This document shows positions 28,201 to 36,022 of a DNA stretch of 64,000 nucleotides, piece after piece; the stretch's first letter is position 1, and each line of letters opens with the position of its first letter. The notes beneath the pieces are model-generated. The model made no database searches and was not told the origin of the DNA. It saw nothing but the letters and a program-made list of their open reading frames with translations. A program made the position numbers and the translations under genes. The stretch covers positions 12,480-76,479 of the forward strand of contig CAVRKD010000004.1 of NCBI GenBank assembly GCA_963722185.1, in the 5' to 3' direction. Source of the DNA: an uncultured Actinomycetes bacterium (lineage in GTDB: Bacteria > Actinomycetota > Acidimicrobiia > Acidimicrobiales > JACCXE01).

Positions 28201-29046
28201 CAAGGCCAGCCAGCCCCCGTAGCCGAGTACCGCCACCTGGCTCAGCACGGGAATCGACTGCATCATCGGCGTGTAGCGAGCCTGCAGGCGATTGAGGCGG
28301 ACGCGCGACGCGTAAAGGTCACGGCTGACCTGCGCGAGGTCGGCGAGCTCGCGCTGCTCTTGGCCGAAGCCCTTCACGATGCGAACGCCGGTGACCGACT
28401 CGTCGACGACACCCGCGACTTCAGCGGCGCGTTGTTGGGCGTGCCACGAAGCGGGGAAGATCGCTTGGCGCAGACGCATGGCCACGACGAACATCAACGG
28501 GATCGCGAGCAAGGCGACGAGGGTGAGCTGGAGCGACGTGGTCGCCATTACGACCAGCGCCACGATGAGCAAGATGAGGTTGCCGAGCATGATCGGCAGG
28601 AACGTCAACATCCCGTTGATCAGCGCGGTGTCGCTCGACGCGCGGCTCACGAGTTGACCGGTCTGGAGGTTGTCGTGACTGGCGAAGTCGAGGCGTTGCA
28701 ACCGTTCGTACACCGCGTTGCGCAGGTCGTACTGCACGTCGAGCGCGACCCGTCCGCCGGCGTAGCGGCGCACGAACGCCAGCCCGAACGACACGATGCC
28801 AGTCAAGATGAGCAGGATCATCCAGGGCGCCAGCGGGCGCCGGTGGTGGATGATGACGTCGTCGATGATGGTCTTGGACCACAGCGGCGCGAGCGCAGTG
28901 AGGCCTTGGCCGATCACTGCGGCGCCGAACGCCGTGATGACGTTGCGCTTGTGTGCCAGCAAGAACGGCGCCATGCGCCGGATCCATCCGCCCGCATCTT
29001 TCGGCGCCGGTTCCGGTGTCGGGCGGGCGTGCGCCGCTGCGGTCAC
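25270..29046 (-). CDS. Fused full-length ABC exporter (TMD-NBD-TMD-NBD, Rv0194-like architecture)
   Basis: There are two type I exporter TMDs. NBD1 has GASGSGKST and LSGGQRQR. NBD2 has GETGAGKST and LSAGQRQL. The halves are joined by a Gly-rich linker (GGPGGGGGGAGGWGG). Confidence 0.9.
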   Translation of the reverse strand: MTAAAHARPTPEPAPKDAGGWIRRMAPFLLAHKRNVITAFGAAVIGQGLTALAPLWSKTIIDDVIIHHRRPLAPWMILLILTGIVSFGLAFVRRYAGGRVALDVQYDLRNAVYERLQRLDFASHDNLQTGQLVSRASSDTALINGMLTFLPIMLGNLILLIVALVVMATTSLQLTLVALLAIPLMFVVAMRLRQAIFPASWHAQQRAAEVAGVVDESVTGVRIVKGFGQEQRELADLAQVSRDLYASRVRLNRLQARYTPMMQSIPVLSQVAVLGYGGWLALHGQLSLGAFTAFSSYLVQLVAPVRMFAQLLAIGQQARAGAERLLDILDANPTITEKPDAPALVRGAGHVVFDNVTFGYTVSEPVLKGFSLDVAPGETVALVGASGSGKSTVALLLPRFYDVASGSVTIDGVDVRDVTLDSLRRGVGVVFEDPFLFSDSLRANIAYGRPGATDDEIEAAAVAAEADVFIRALPYGYDTVVGERGLTLSGGQRQRVALARALLTDPAALVLDDATSSIDAKTEEEIHDTLRHLMAGRTTILVAHRRSTLRLADRIVVVDDGAVDDMGTHEELIRRSALYRALLAGPDDSVEQAVVDAPTESLRLGGVTASAWPYEAAEEGPRATATAAPPRIGGPGGGGGGAGGWGGSLAPTPELLAGLAKLPEPNDDPKVDVAREASPTGSFSLRRFIAPYTRWLALGFALVAFDAVLTLLGPFSVKYGVDHGVRRFDSGPLWLATAGFTLVALFRWVTTTSYTRITGRTAERLLYALRIRVFAHLQRMSLDYYDGEMAGRVMTRMTTDIDSLQQLLQTGLVSAIVSLFTCTGVFVFLAVLSPKLALVAAGALPPLLLATFVYQRKSSVTYAEARDRIAAVNANFQESLSGVRVTQAYTREDKNISGFRDVNSDYLAARVKAQRYISLYFPFVLLVGQLTAAAVLGFGSSFVRSDVVTVGTVISFVLFLDLFFAPIQQISQVFDSWQQATASMNKIDELMTTATTTPEAVSPVDPGRLRGEISFEGVHFKYATAINEALTGADLVIGPGETVALVGETGAGKSTIVKLVARFYDPTAGVVRVDGHDLRDLDSSAYRRQLGIVPQEAFLFTGTIRDNIAYGRPDATDAEVEEAARAVGAHDFIARMPLGYLSHVKERGRSLSAGQRQLISLARARLVDPVILLLDEATSNLDLQTEAEVQRAMGVVAQGRTTILVAHRLPTARTADRIFVIDEGRVVAVGPHDELLRTSPRYAELWHSFTSEGDEAAA

Positions 29047-29468
29047 GCGGCGTTCCGATCGCGGCGCGTCACCAACGCCTGGTGTAAGGCCACGAGTCCG
29101 TCGAGCGCGCGCCGCGCTGTCTTTGCGTCGGCGCCGCCGAGCAGTTCTTGAACGGCGGCACCCATCGCGGCTTGCGCGTCCTCGTAGGCCTGCGCGCCCT
29201 CAGCGGTGATCCCCAGCGAGACACCGCGGCGGTCGCCGTCGACGTCGGAACGCTCGACCCAACCCTTGGCGACGAGTCCGTCGAGCAAGCCGGTGAGCGA
29301 GGGGCGGGTCACGTCGGCGGCGAGCGCGATCCGGCTCGCACGATCCGGGCTGTTGGCGATGAGCGTGAGCACCCGGTACTGCGGCAGCGTCATGCGCTCC
29401 AGCGCCTTCTCCAGCGTGCGGCTCGCAAACGCCAACCCCTTCACGGCCGAAATCAGTTCGTCATCCAC
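29043..29468 (-). CDS. MarR-family transcriptional regulator
   Basis: The winged-HTH core is LPQYRVLTLIANSPDRASRIA...DRRGVSLGITAEG. Its stop overlaps the exporter's GTG start (GTGA). Confidence 0.88.
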   Translation of the reverse strand: MDDELISAVKGLAFASRTLEKALERMTLPQYRVLTLIANSPDRASRIALAADVTRPSLTGLLDGLVAKGWVERSDVDGDRRGVSLGITAEGAQAYEDAQAAMGAAVQELLGGADAKTARRALDGLVALHQALVTRRDRNAA

Positions 29469-29472
29469 ATAG

Positions 29473-30339
29473 TTAGGGTACCAAACTACCTACGGGACTC
29501 AGTAACCCGATGAGCTGCTCGGTGCCCCATTCAGACTGGACGACGACGTCGTGCCAGGTCAGCCGCCCGCATTGCCAACGGGTGATCGTCGTGACAAGGG
29601 TCTGCCGGCGAGCGTCGTATATCGGCTGGTCCTTGTGCTGCTGGCCGTCGAGTTCGACGAAGATCCCTAGCTCCGGCCACGCAAGGTCGAGGCGGGCGAC
29701 GAGCCTGCCTGTGGCCGGGTCGTAGACCCGGTGCTGCCGCACCGGCGTCGGCAGGCCCGCGCGTCGAATGAGTTGGATCGCCAGCGTCTCGAGCAGCGAG
29801 TCCGTGTGCGGTACATCGAGCCCACCTCTGTTCCGAATCACACGCCGCATGCGCCGCGCAGCGACCGTGTTGCCCGTTGCCCACGCCGCAAGCTGCTCAC
29901 GCGTGACGTGATGCTTGCGAAGACAGAACTCGAGCGCCTGCTCCGAAACGTCGTCGGCGAGGCGGCCGGCCAACTCAAGCAACGTGTCGGCAGCAGTCGT
30001 GCAGAACACCTGAGCGATGCTGACGGTTGCAGTCGGCATGGCTGTCTTGCGTGACACGCCGTCTCGGCGGCTGTTGCACGAGCGCGGGACCCAGACCTCG
30101 GGTTCGCCAGCAGCAATATTGTCGAAGCGGAACAACTCGCCGGCGAGCAGGCCGTGACACACGCCGCTCGTCACGAGCGCCGTGGCCCTCCCGATGTCGA
30201 GTGCCGACGGTGGCTCCGGTCCACGGCCGACAACGCCATGAACGACTTGCGTCCACCGGCCTCGCTTTACGGCCCAACGAATGTGGTCCTCGGACTTGCC
30301 GCTCGCGAGCACGCGCTCGACTGTGCGAAGTTCCCGCAC
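29473..30339 (-). CDS. Hypothetical protein with a DUF559/Vsr-like endonuclease C-terminal region
   Basis: The C-terminal pattern is LDLAWPELGIFVELDGQQH...W, as in actinobacterial DUF559 proteins. The assignment is from memory. Confidence 0.55.
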   Translation of the reverse strand: MRELRTVERVLASGKSEDHIRWAVKRGRWTQVVHGVVGRGPEPPSALDIGRATALVTSGVCHGLLAGELFRFDNIAAGEPEVWVPRSCNSRRDGVSRKTAMPTATVSIAQVFCTTAADTLLELAGRLADDVSEQALEFCLRKHHVTREQLAAWATGNTVAARRMRRVIRNRGGLDVPHTDSLLETLAIQLIRRAGLPTPVRQHRVYDPATGRLVARLDLAWPELGIFVELDGQQHKDQPIYDARRQTLVTTITRWQCGRLTWHDVVVQSEWGTEQLIGLLSPVGSLVP

Positions 30340-30441
30340 ACTTCTGTCCCTTCACGGTTGGTGCAGAAACCGGTGCGATCGAAGTCGGATCACACCGGAA
30401 AGTGCACCATCTGGTGCGTGAGGGGAGTGGCGTTGCGGAGG

Positions 30442-30678
30442 TTACGCGAGGGGTGTGTCGAAGAGGGGCGCTACCTCGAGGTCCCGTTGCACGAACGTTG
30501 CTGCGCTTTGGTCCCACATCGCAGCCTCGAGCTTGGCGCGGGCTTCCACGTCCCACAGATCCTCGAGCATCTCATCGGGGCAGAAGCGCACCGCCGGCAT
30601 CGACGCCTCGAGTTGCTTGGCGAGCGTCGTCTTGCCGCAGCCAGGGAGGCCGCAGATGACGACGAAGCGCGCCGTCAA
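30442..30678 (-). CDS. P-loop NTPase (AAA_33/kinase-like), apparently 3'-truncated
   Basis: Walker A is GLPGCGKTT. The ORF stops after 78 aa, whereas family members are about twice as long. No continuation exists in either of the other frames. Confidence 0.5.
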   Translation of the reverse strand: MTARFVVICGLPGCGKTTLAKQLEASMPAVRFCPDEMLEDLWDVEARAKLEAAMWDQSAATFVQRDLEVAPLFDTPLA

Positions 30679-30971
30679 CCTTGGAGGGCTTCGTGGTGAC
30701 GGATGACCTCGGCGATGATGAAGTCGAGAAACGCCGCGGCGAACTCCGGATCGAGCTGCGCCTCTTCGGCCAGTTGCCGTAGCCGCGCCACCTGCCGGGC
30801 TTCGCGGGCGGGGTCAGCCGGCGGCATGCCTTGGGCCGCCTTCAATCGACCGACGCGCTGCGTGCACTTGAACCGCTCGGCTAGCAAATGGACGAGCGCG
30901 GCGTCGAGGTTGTCGATGCTGGAGCGGAGCTCCTCGAGCTCTTCGAGCGCCGCGGGATCCGGACGTGACAT
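30675..30971 (-). CDS. Chorismate mutase (AroQ class)
   Basis: Motifs are LRSSIDNLDAALVHLLAERF and DPAREARQV. The product is 98 aa. It overlaps the P-loop gene by 4 nt. Confidence 0.85.
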   Translation of the reverse strand: MSRPDPAALEELEELRSSIDNLDAALVHLLAERFKCTQRVGRLKAAQGMPPADPAREARQVARLRQLAEEAQLDPEFAAAFLDFIIAEVIRHHEALQG

Positions 30972-30985
30972 GCGAACATGCTCTC

Positions 30986-31924
30986 ATGAGCTTTGACAAC
31001 CGCGTGACGCAGATGCTCGGCGTCGAGATTCCCATCGTGCAGGCGCCCATGGGATGGATCGCCCGGTCGCAGCTGGCGTCGGCCGTGTCGAACGCTGGTG
31101 CCATGGGGATCATCGAGACGTCGTCGGGCGAGCTCGACAACGTCAAGGACGAGATCCGCAAGATGCGCGATCTGACCGACAAGCCCTTCGGCGTCAACAT
31201 CGCGCAAGCATTCGTGCGCGACCCGGCGATCGCCGAGTTCGTGATCGACCAAGGCGTGAAGTTCGTCACGACCTCCGCCGGCAGCCCGACCAAGTACACG
31301 TCGGTGCTGAAGGAAGGAGGGCTGACGGTCTTCCACGTCGTGCCCAACCTCACTGGAGCGATGAAAGCCGTCGACGCCGGCGTCGACGGCCTCATCGTCG
31401 AGGGCGGCGAGGGTGGCGGTTTCAAGAGCCCGCGCCCGATCGCGTCGATGGTGCTGCTGCCACTGATCCGGTCGAAGACCGATGTGCCGATCATCGCTGC
31501 GGGAGGCTTCATTGACGGGGCGACGATGGCGGCGGCGCTGGCCATGGGTGCAGAGGGCATCCAGATGGGCACGCGCATGGTCAGTTCGGCGGAGTCGCCC
31601 GTCCATCAGAACTGGAAAGACGCGATCGTGGCCGCGGGGGAGGACGACACCGTCGTACTTGGACGCGCCGGACGCATGGCGATGCGGGCGCTGCGCACCG
31701 ATCGCACGAACGCACTCGAGTTCGAGACCGAAGGCGAACCCATGGCGGCGTTCGGCGACGCGATGAAGCTCTACTTTGGCGGCGACATGGAAGCCGGCAT
31801 CGCGCTCGGCGGGCAAGTGATGGGACGCATCGAAGCGGTGCGCCCGGTGGCCGACGTCATCAACGAGACCTCTGCCGACTGCCTGGCCATCATCGAGGCG
31901 TTGGCCAAGCAGTACCCGCGGTAG
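30986..31924 (+). CDS. Nitronate monooxygenase (2-nitropropane dioxygenase family)
   Basis: Motifs are IPIVQAPMG, VVPNL, and GGFIDG in a TIM-barrel FMN pattern. I chose the ATG at 30986. Confidence 0.88.
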   Translation: MSFDNRVTQMLGVEIPIVQAPMGWIARSQLASAVSNAGAMGIIETSSGELDNVKDEIRKMRDLTDKPFGVNIAQAFVRDPAIAEFVIDQGVKFVTTSAGSPTKYTSVLKEGGLTVFHVVPNLTGAMKAVDAGVDGLIVEGGEGGGFKSPRPIASMVLLPLIRSKTDVPIIAAGGFIDGATMAAALAMGAEGIQMGTRMVSSAESPVHQNWKDAIVAAGEDDTVVLGRAGRMAMRALRTDRTNALEFETEGEPMAAFGDAMKLYFGGDMEAGIALGGQVMGRIEAVRPVADVINETSADCLAIIEALAKQYPR

Positions 31925-31927
31925 CGG

Positions 31928-32728
31928 CTACGGAAGGCCAGACGACCGTTCGCAGTTGGTGGCGGTGTCGTTGCCCGGGCCTGCCGAGCAGCGGTCGTTG
32001 GTGCCGGCGCCGCCGTTGAGCGTGTCGTCGCCGTCGTTGCCGTAGAGCCGATCGTTGCCGGCGCCGCCGTTGATACCGTCGTTGCCCTTGCCGCCACAGA
32101 TGACGTCGTCGCCGCCGAGGCCGCTGATGGTGTCATTGCCGCCGCCGCCGGAAATGACGTCAGGCCCTGTCGTGCCGGTCAGCGTGTCGTCCCTGAATGT
32201 GCCCTTAATCGTGGGGTTGTCGCACGGACCGGTCCCGGGCGTCGTCGTCGTGGTCGTGCCACCGCCGCCGGTCGTGGTCGTGGTCGGCCGTGTCGTCGTC
32301 GTTGTGGGACCGGCTGTGGTGGTCGTGTTGCCGGCCGCGAAGGAGATGGGGTGCTGCGCGACGTGGGCGGAGCCGGTGTCGCGGGCAACCATGTAGCAGT
32401 TGTTCGCCGGGATACAACTCGTGCTCGAGTTGATGTTGTGCAGGGCCGGGACCTGCGTGGTGAAGCCCCCGGTGTTGTTGACCTCCGCGGCGCCGACGTT
32501 GCGGCACGTCGGTGGGGCGCCCGCTTTGCACTGCTGGATGATGACGGTGTCGTTCGGCGTAAACCCGGTTCCGGACGCGTTCACGACCTGTGCGTTCGTG
32601 AGATTGCTGTCGGGACTGATGTCCAGCTGCGCGTCGGCACCGCTCGCCGCGCCGACGCTGAGCGTCAGGAACGATCCGATGGCGAGAGCGATGACAGTCC
32701 CGATGAGCCGCTGGTGGCGTTTGCGCAT
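31928..32728 (-). CDS. Secreted chimera: neocarzinostatin-family domain, Thr-rich linker and RTX (GGxGxD) calcium-binding repeats
   Basis: The signal peptide is [31 protein letters not shown]. The NCS-like core has four Cys and a terminal ISF. The linker is [29 protein letters not shown]. The repeats are [42 protein letters not shown]. The start is the ATG at 32728. Confidence 0.75.
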   Translation of the reverse strand: MRKRHQRLIGTVIALAIGSFLTLSVGAASGADAQLDISPDSNLTNAQVVNASGTGFTPNDTVIIQQCKAGAPPTCRNVGAAEVNNTGGFTTQVPALHNINSSTSCIPANNCYMVARDTGSAHVAQHPISFAAGNTTTTAGPTTTTTRPTTTTTGGGGTTTTTTPGTGPCDNPTIKGTFRDDTLTGTTGPDVISGGGGNDTISGLGGDDVICGGKGNDGINGGAGNDRLYGNDGDDTLNGGAGTNDRCSAGPGNDTATNCERSSGLP

Positions 32729-32785
32729 CTCGCAACACTCGCCCAGCCGTGATCTGCGGTCAAGCGGCTGCCGTACCCTTGAGAC

Positions 32786-33431
32786 GTGACAACCCTCGAA
32801 AACGCCCGAGCGTCGCTGGATTTCTCCGGTCTCGTAGGCCAACTTCGGGACACGTTCGACAGTCGCGTGACGCGTCCGCTGGCGTGGCGGCATCAGCAGC
32901 TCACGCAAATGGAGAAGCTGCTCGTCGAGAACGAAGACGAGCTCATCGCCGCCTTGGCCTCCGACCTGGGCAAGCCGGCGATCGAAGGCTGGGTCACGGA
33001 CCTCAAGTTCACCCGTGGCGAAATCACCCTGCAGCCGGCGGCTGGCACCGGCCATCGCCGCGGGCTGCGCCGTGGTCGGCAAGCCGAGCGAACTCGCGCC
33101 GGGTGATCGCCCGCGCCGCGGCCGAACACCTCACTGCGGTCACGCTCGAGCTCGGCGGCAAGAGCCCGGTCATCGTCGCCACGACGCCGACCTGAAGGTG
33201 GCGGCCAATCAGATCGCGTGGGGCAAGTTCCTCAACGCCGGTCAAACTTGCGTCGCCCCTGACCACCTCCTGGTGCACGAGGACGTCGTCGACGAGTTCA
33301 GCGACCTGTCCCCGACTCCCCTACGCCGCCAAAGGCTGACGAAGCCGACCCGAATGGATCCGCCGTTGCTCTACCCGCCGTTCACGAAGCTGAAGAAGTG
33401 GATCTTGCGCCAGGCCTTGACGCGTCTGTAA
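32786..33431 (+). pseudogene. Aldehyde dehydrogenase (ALDH3-like) remnant with three large internal deletions and frame changes
   Basis: ALDH motifs are spread over three frames within about 650 nt. They are the N-terminal DLGKPAIEG, then [20 protein letters not shown], then [25 protein letters not shown], then [20 protein letters not shown], and a C-terminal [10 protein letters not shown]. An intact gene would be about 1.4 kb. Confidence 0.75.
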
Positions 33432-34221
33432 GAGCCGCGGCGGTCTCCTCGTCGGCGGGCAGAAATGTTTCGATGACGAGTTCCGACGTGGTTGCGTCGA
33501 CGGCGCTGCCGAAGGTGGCGATCAGGCTGACGAAGCGCAGCGTGGTGTCGCCGCGCCGCAGCTCCATGGTGACGGCGAGTCCCAGGTCGGACTCGGGTTC
33601 GGCGGGGATGTCGCCGACATAGCCGCGCAACTCGTCGGCGAGGGCGGCCAATACGGGGTCGCCGAGCGCGTCGATTTGACGCTGCAGGTTGCCGAGCACG
33701 TGGTGCGCCATGGCGCCGAGATTGCCGATGCGCGGCGCCAAGCCTTCAGGATGCAGGCACACGCGCAAGACGTTTAGCGGTGGCGCCAGCAGTTCGGCGG
33801 GCACACCTTCGACGAGCAACATCGCCGCCTTGTTGGCGTGTACGAGGTTCCAGTGCCGATCGACGACCAGCGCGGGCCACGGCTCATGCGCCTCCAACAC
33901 CCGCGTTATGGCCGCCATGGTGGCGCGCTGTTCGGGCGCGTTGAGCGGTGCGTCGCCGAACACCGGTGCGAAGCCCGCCGCCAGGAGAAGCCGATTGCAG
34001 TCCCGCATCGGCACGCTCATGGCGCGTCCGAGATGAAGCAACATTTCGCGGCTCGGCTGCGCGCGGCCCGTCTCCACGAAGCTCAAGTGGCGCGTCGACA
34101 CGCCGGCGCGGTTGGACAACTCGAGCTGGCTCATCCGCCGGTGCATGCGCCATTGGCGCAGCAGCGCGCCCGCCCGACTGGGGGATTCAACTTCGACATC
34201 CTCAACCGGTAGCGCCGTCAT
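33382..34221 (-). CDS. MmyB-like XRE-family transcriptional regulator
   Basis: The HTH is [28 protein letters not shown], followed by an MmyB-type ligand-binding region. The start is the ATG at 34221. Confidence 0.8.
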   Translation of the reverse strand: MTALPVEDVEVESPSRAGALLRQWRMHRRMSQLELSNRAGVSTRHLSFVETGRAQPSREMLLHLGRAMSVPMRDCNRLLLAAGFAPVFGDAPLNAPEQRATMAAITRVLEAHEPWPALVVDRHWNLVHANKAAMLLVEGVPAELLAPPLNVLRVCLHPEGLAPRIGNLGAMAHHVLGNLQRQIDALGDPVLAALADELRGYVGDIPAEPESDLGLAVTMELRRGDTTLRFVSLIATFGSAVDATTSELVIETFLPADEETAAALTDASRPGARSTSSAS

Positions 34222-34308
34222 GGGGTCGAAGGTAACGAACCTGCTTACCCGTGACCATGACGTGGGAGGTAATTGGCTCGATGACCCAACAAGCGCAGGG
34301 TGGTCGCC

Positions 34309-34977
34309 ATGGACACCCTTCAATCACGCGAAGAAATCATCGACGCCTTCCAGGCGGTGCTCAGCCGGTTCTCGAATCTCGTGCGACCGCTCAGCGCCGA
34401 CCAACTCGCCACCCCGAGTCGCTGCGAGGGCTGGAACGTGGGCGATGTGGCCGGCCACTTCGTCGGCTCGATCGCCGAGATCGCCGCCGGCGAGATCGAA
34501 GGCCAGGGCACGCCGCCGGTCACGAAACGCCAAGTCGAGGCGCGCAAGGGCCATACAGGTACACAGTTGGCCGACGAACTCGACGCCGCAGCGGCGACGG
34601 TGCCCGCGCTTGTCGCGGCCTTCGGGGACGACGCCTGGGACGCGCCGCTCGCCGGCTTCAACGGCACGCTCGGCCAAGGCGTCGAGGCGTTGCTCTTCGA
34701 CGGTGCTGTACACGCCGACGACATCGACAGCGCTCTCGGCCTCGGGCACCATCCCACCCACGAAGAGTTGGTCGCCGCGGTGTCGCACGTTGCGTTCCAC
34801 CTCGACGATCAAGGTTGGGGCCCAGCCACGCTGGCGCTCGACGGCATGCCGGAAGTCGAGATCGGCGGCGGCGGGCCTCGCGTCACCGGCAATCCCGGTC
34901 TGTTCGTCCTGGCGGCCACCGGTCGCGGCAACCCCGCAGATTTCGGCCTCGACGACACGGTGAACATCTATCGCTAA
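34309..34977 (+). CDS. DinB/maleylpyruvate-isomerase-N family (mycothiol-dependent enzyme family) protein
   Basis: The N-terminal pattern is CEGWNVGDVAGHFVG with a conserved His. It lies divergent from the MmyB regulator. Confidence 0.68.
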   Translation: MDTLQSREEIIDAFQAVLSRFSNLVRPLSADQLATPSRCEGWNVGDVAGHFVGSIAEIAAGEIEGQGTPPVTKRQVEARKGHTGTQLADELDAAAATVPALVAAFGDDAWDAPLAGFNGTLGQGVEALLFDGAVHADDIDSALGLGHHPTHEELVAAVSHVAFHLDDQGWGPATLALDGMPEVEIGGGGPRVTGNPGLFVLAATGRGNPADFGLDDTVNIYR

Positions 34978-35039
34978 AGCGATACATGTTCACCGTCGCA
35001 TCTTTGGTGCCTCCGCCCTTCGGGCTCCGCCACTGAGTC

Positions 35040-35063
35040 CGGCGGGGACCCAGCCCCGCCGGC
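35040..35063 (+). terminator. GC-rich stem-loop downstream of the DinB-like gene
   Basis: CCGGCGGGG-acccag-CCCCGCCGG forms a 9-bp perfect stem. There is no U-tract. Confidence 0.35.
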
Positions 35064-35114
35064 AGGCTCACGTCGGTTGAAAACTTCGGCAGGCCGCAAC
35101 CTACGATCACGGCC

Positions 35115-36008
35115 ATGAGTGAACTGGGTTTTGACGGCAAGGTAGCGATCATCACGGGTGCGGGCGGCGGTCTCGGCCGCTCGCACGCGCTGGAGTTGGC
35201 GAAGCGCGGCGCGCTGGTCGTGGTCAACGACCTCGGCGGAGCGACCGACGGCACCGGCTCTTCGGAGACCGCGGCCGAAGCCGTCGTCAACGAGATCAAG
35301 GCCGCCGGGGGTGAGGCCGTCGCCAACTACGACAGCGTCGGTACGCCCGAAGGCGGCGCGGCGATCGTGCAAACGGCGATCGACGCCTACGGGCGCATCG
35401 ACATCGTCGTGAACAACGCCGGCATCCTGCGCGACAAGTCGTTTCACAACATGACGCCCGACCTGCTCAACCCGGTCATCGATGTGCACCTCAAGGGCGC
35501 GTTCCACGTGACCCAGCCGGCGTACATCCGCATGCGCGAGCAGGGCTACGGCCGCATCGTCAACACGACGTCGCCGGCGGGTGTGTTCGGCAACTTCGGT
35601 CAGACCAACTACGGCGCCGCCAAGATGGGCCTCGTGGGCTTCACTCGCGTGCTGGCGGTTGAAGGCGCCAAGAACAACATCAAGGCCAACGCCATCTCGC
35701 CCGTCGCCAAGACCCGCATGACCGAAGACCTGCTCGGCCCGATGGCCGACAACCTCCTGCCCGAGCACATCACGCCGGTCGTGGCGTGGCTGGCGCACGA
35801 GGACTGCCCGGTGTCGGGTGAGGTGTACTCGTGCGGCGGCGGCCGCGTCGCCCGCATCTTCATCGGCGTGGCGCCCGGCTACGCCAATAAGGACCTCACG
35901 GTCGAAGACGTGCGCGACAACTTCGAGAAGATCCGCTCGGAGGAGGGCTATATCGTGCCGACCAACCTCGGCGAAGAAACGATGCTCATGATGAAGGCGC
36001 TCAGCTAA
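35115..36008 (+). CDS. SDR-family oxidoreductase (hydroxyacyl-CoA dehydrogenase/MFE-2-like)
   Basis: Motifs are TGAGGGLG, NNAG and YGAAK. The N-terminus resembles MFE-2-type dehydrogenases. Confidence 0.88.
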   Translation: MSELGFDGKVAIITGAGGGLGRSHALELAKRGALVVVNDLGGATDGTGSSETAAEAVVNEIKAAGGEAVANYDSVGTPEGGAAIVQTAIDAYGRIDIVVNNAGILRDKSFHNMTPDLLNPVIDVHLKGAFHVTQPAYIRMREQGYGRIVNTTSPAGVFGNFGQTNYGAAKMGLVGFTRVLAVEGAKNNIKANAISPVAKTRMTEDLLGPMADNLLPEHITPVVAWLAHEDCPVSGEVYSCGGGRVARIFIGVAPGYANKDLTVEDVRDNFEKIRSEEGYIVPTNLGEETMLMMKALS

Positions 36009-36022
36009 GAGAGCGTCAGTCA

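Noticed and set aside
33015-33431. The 138-aa ORF at 33015-33431, and the ORFs at 32749-33195 and 32786-33106, as independent genes.
   Set aside because: Each carries only a fragment of aldehyde dehydrogenase motifs and they tile one another in order. They are better explained as pieces of one degraded gene.
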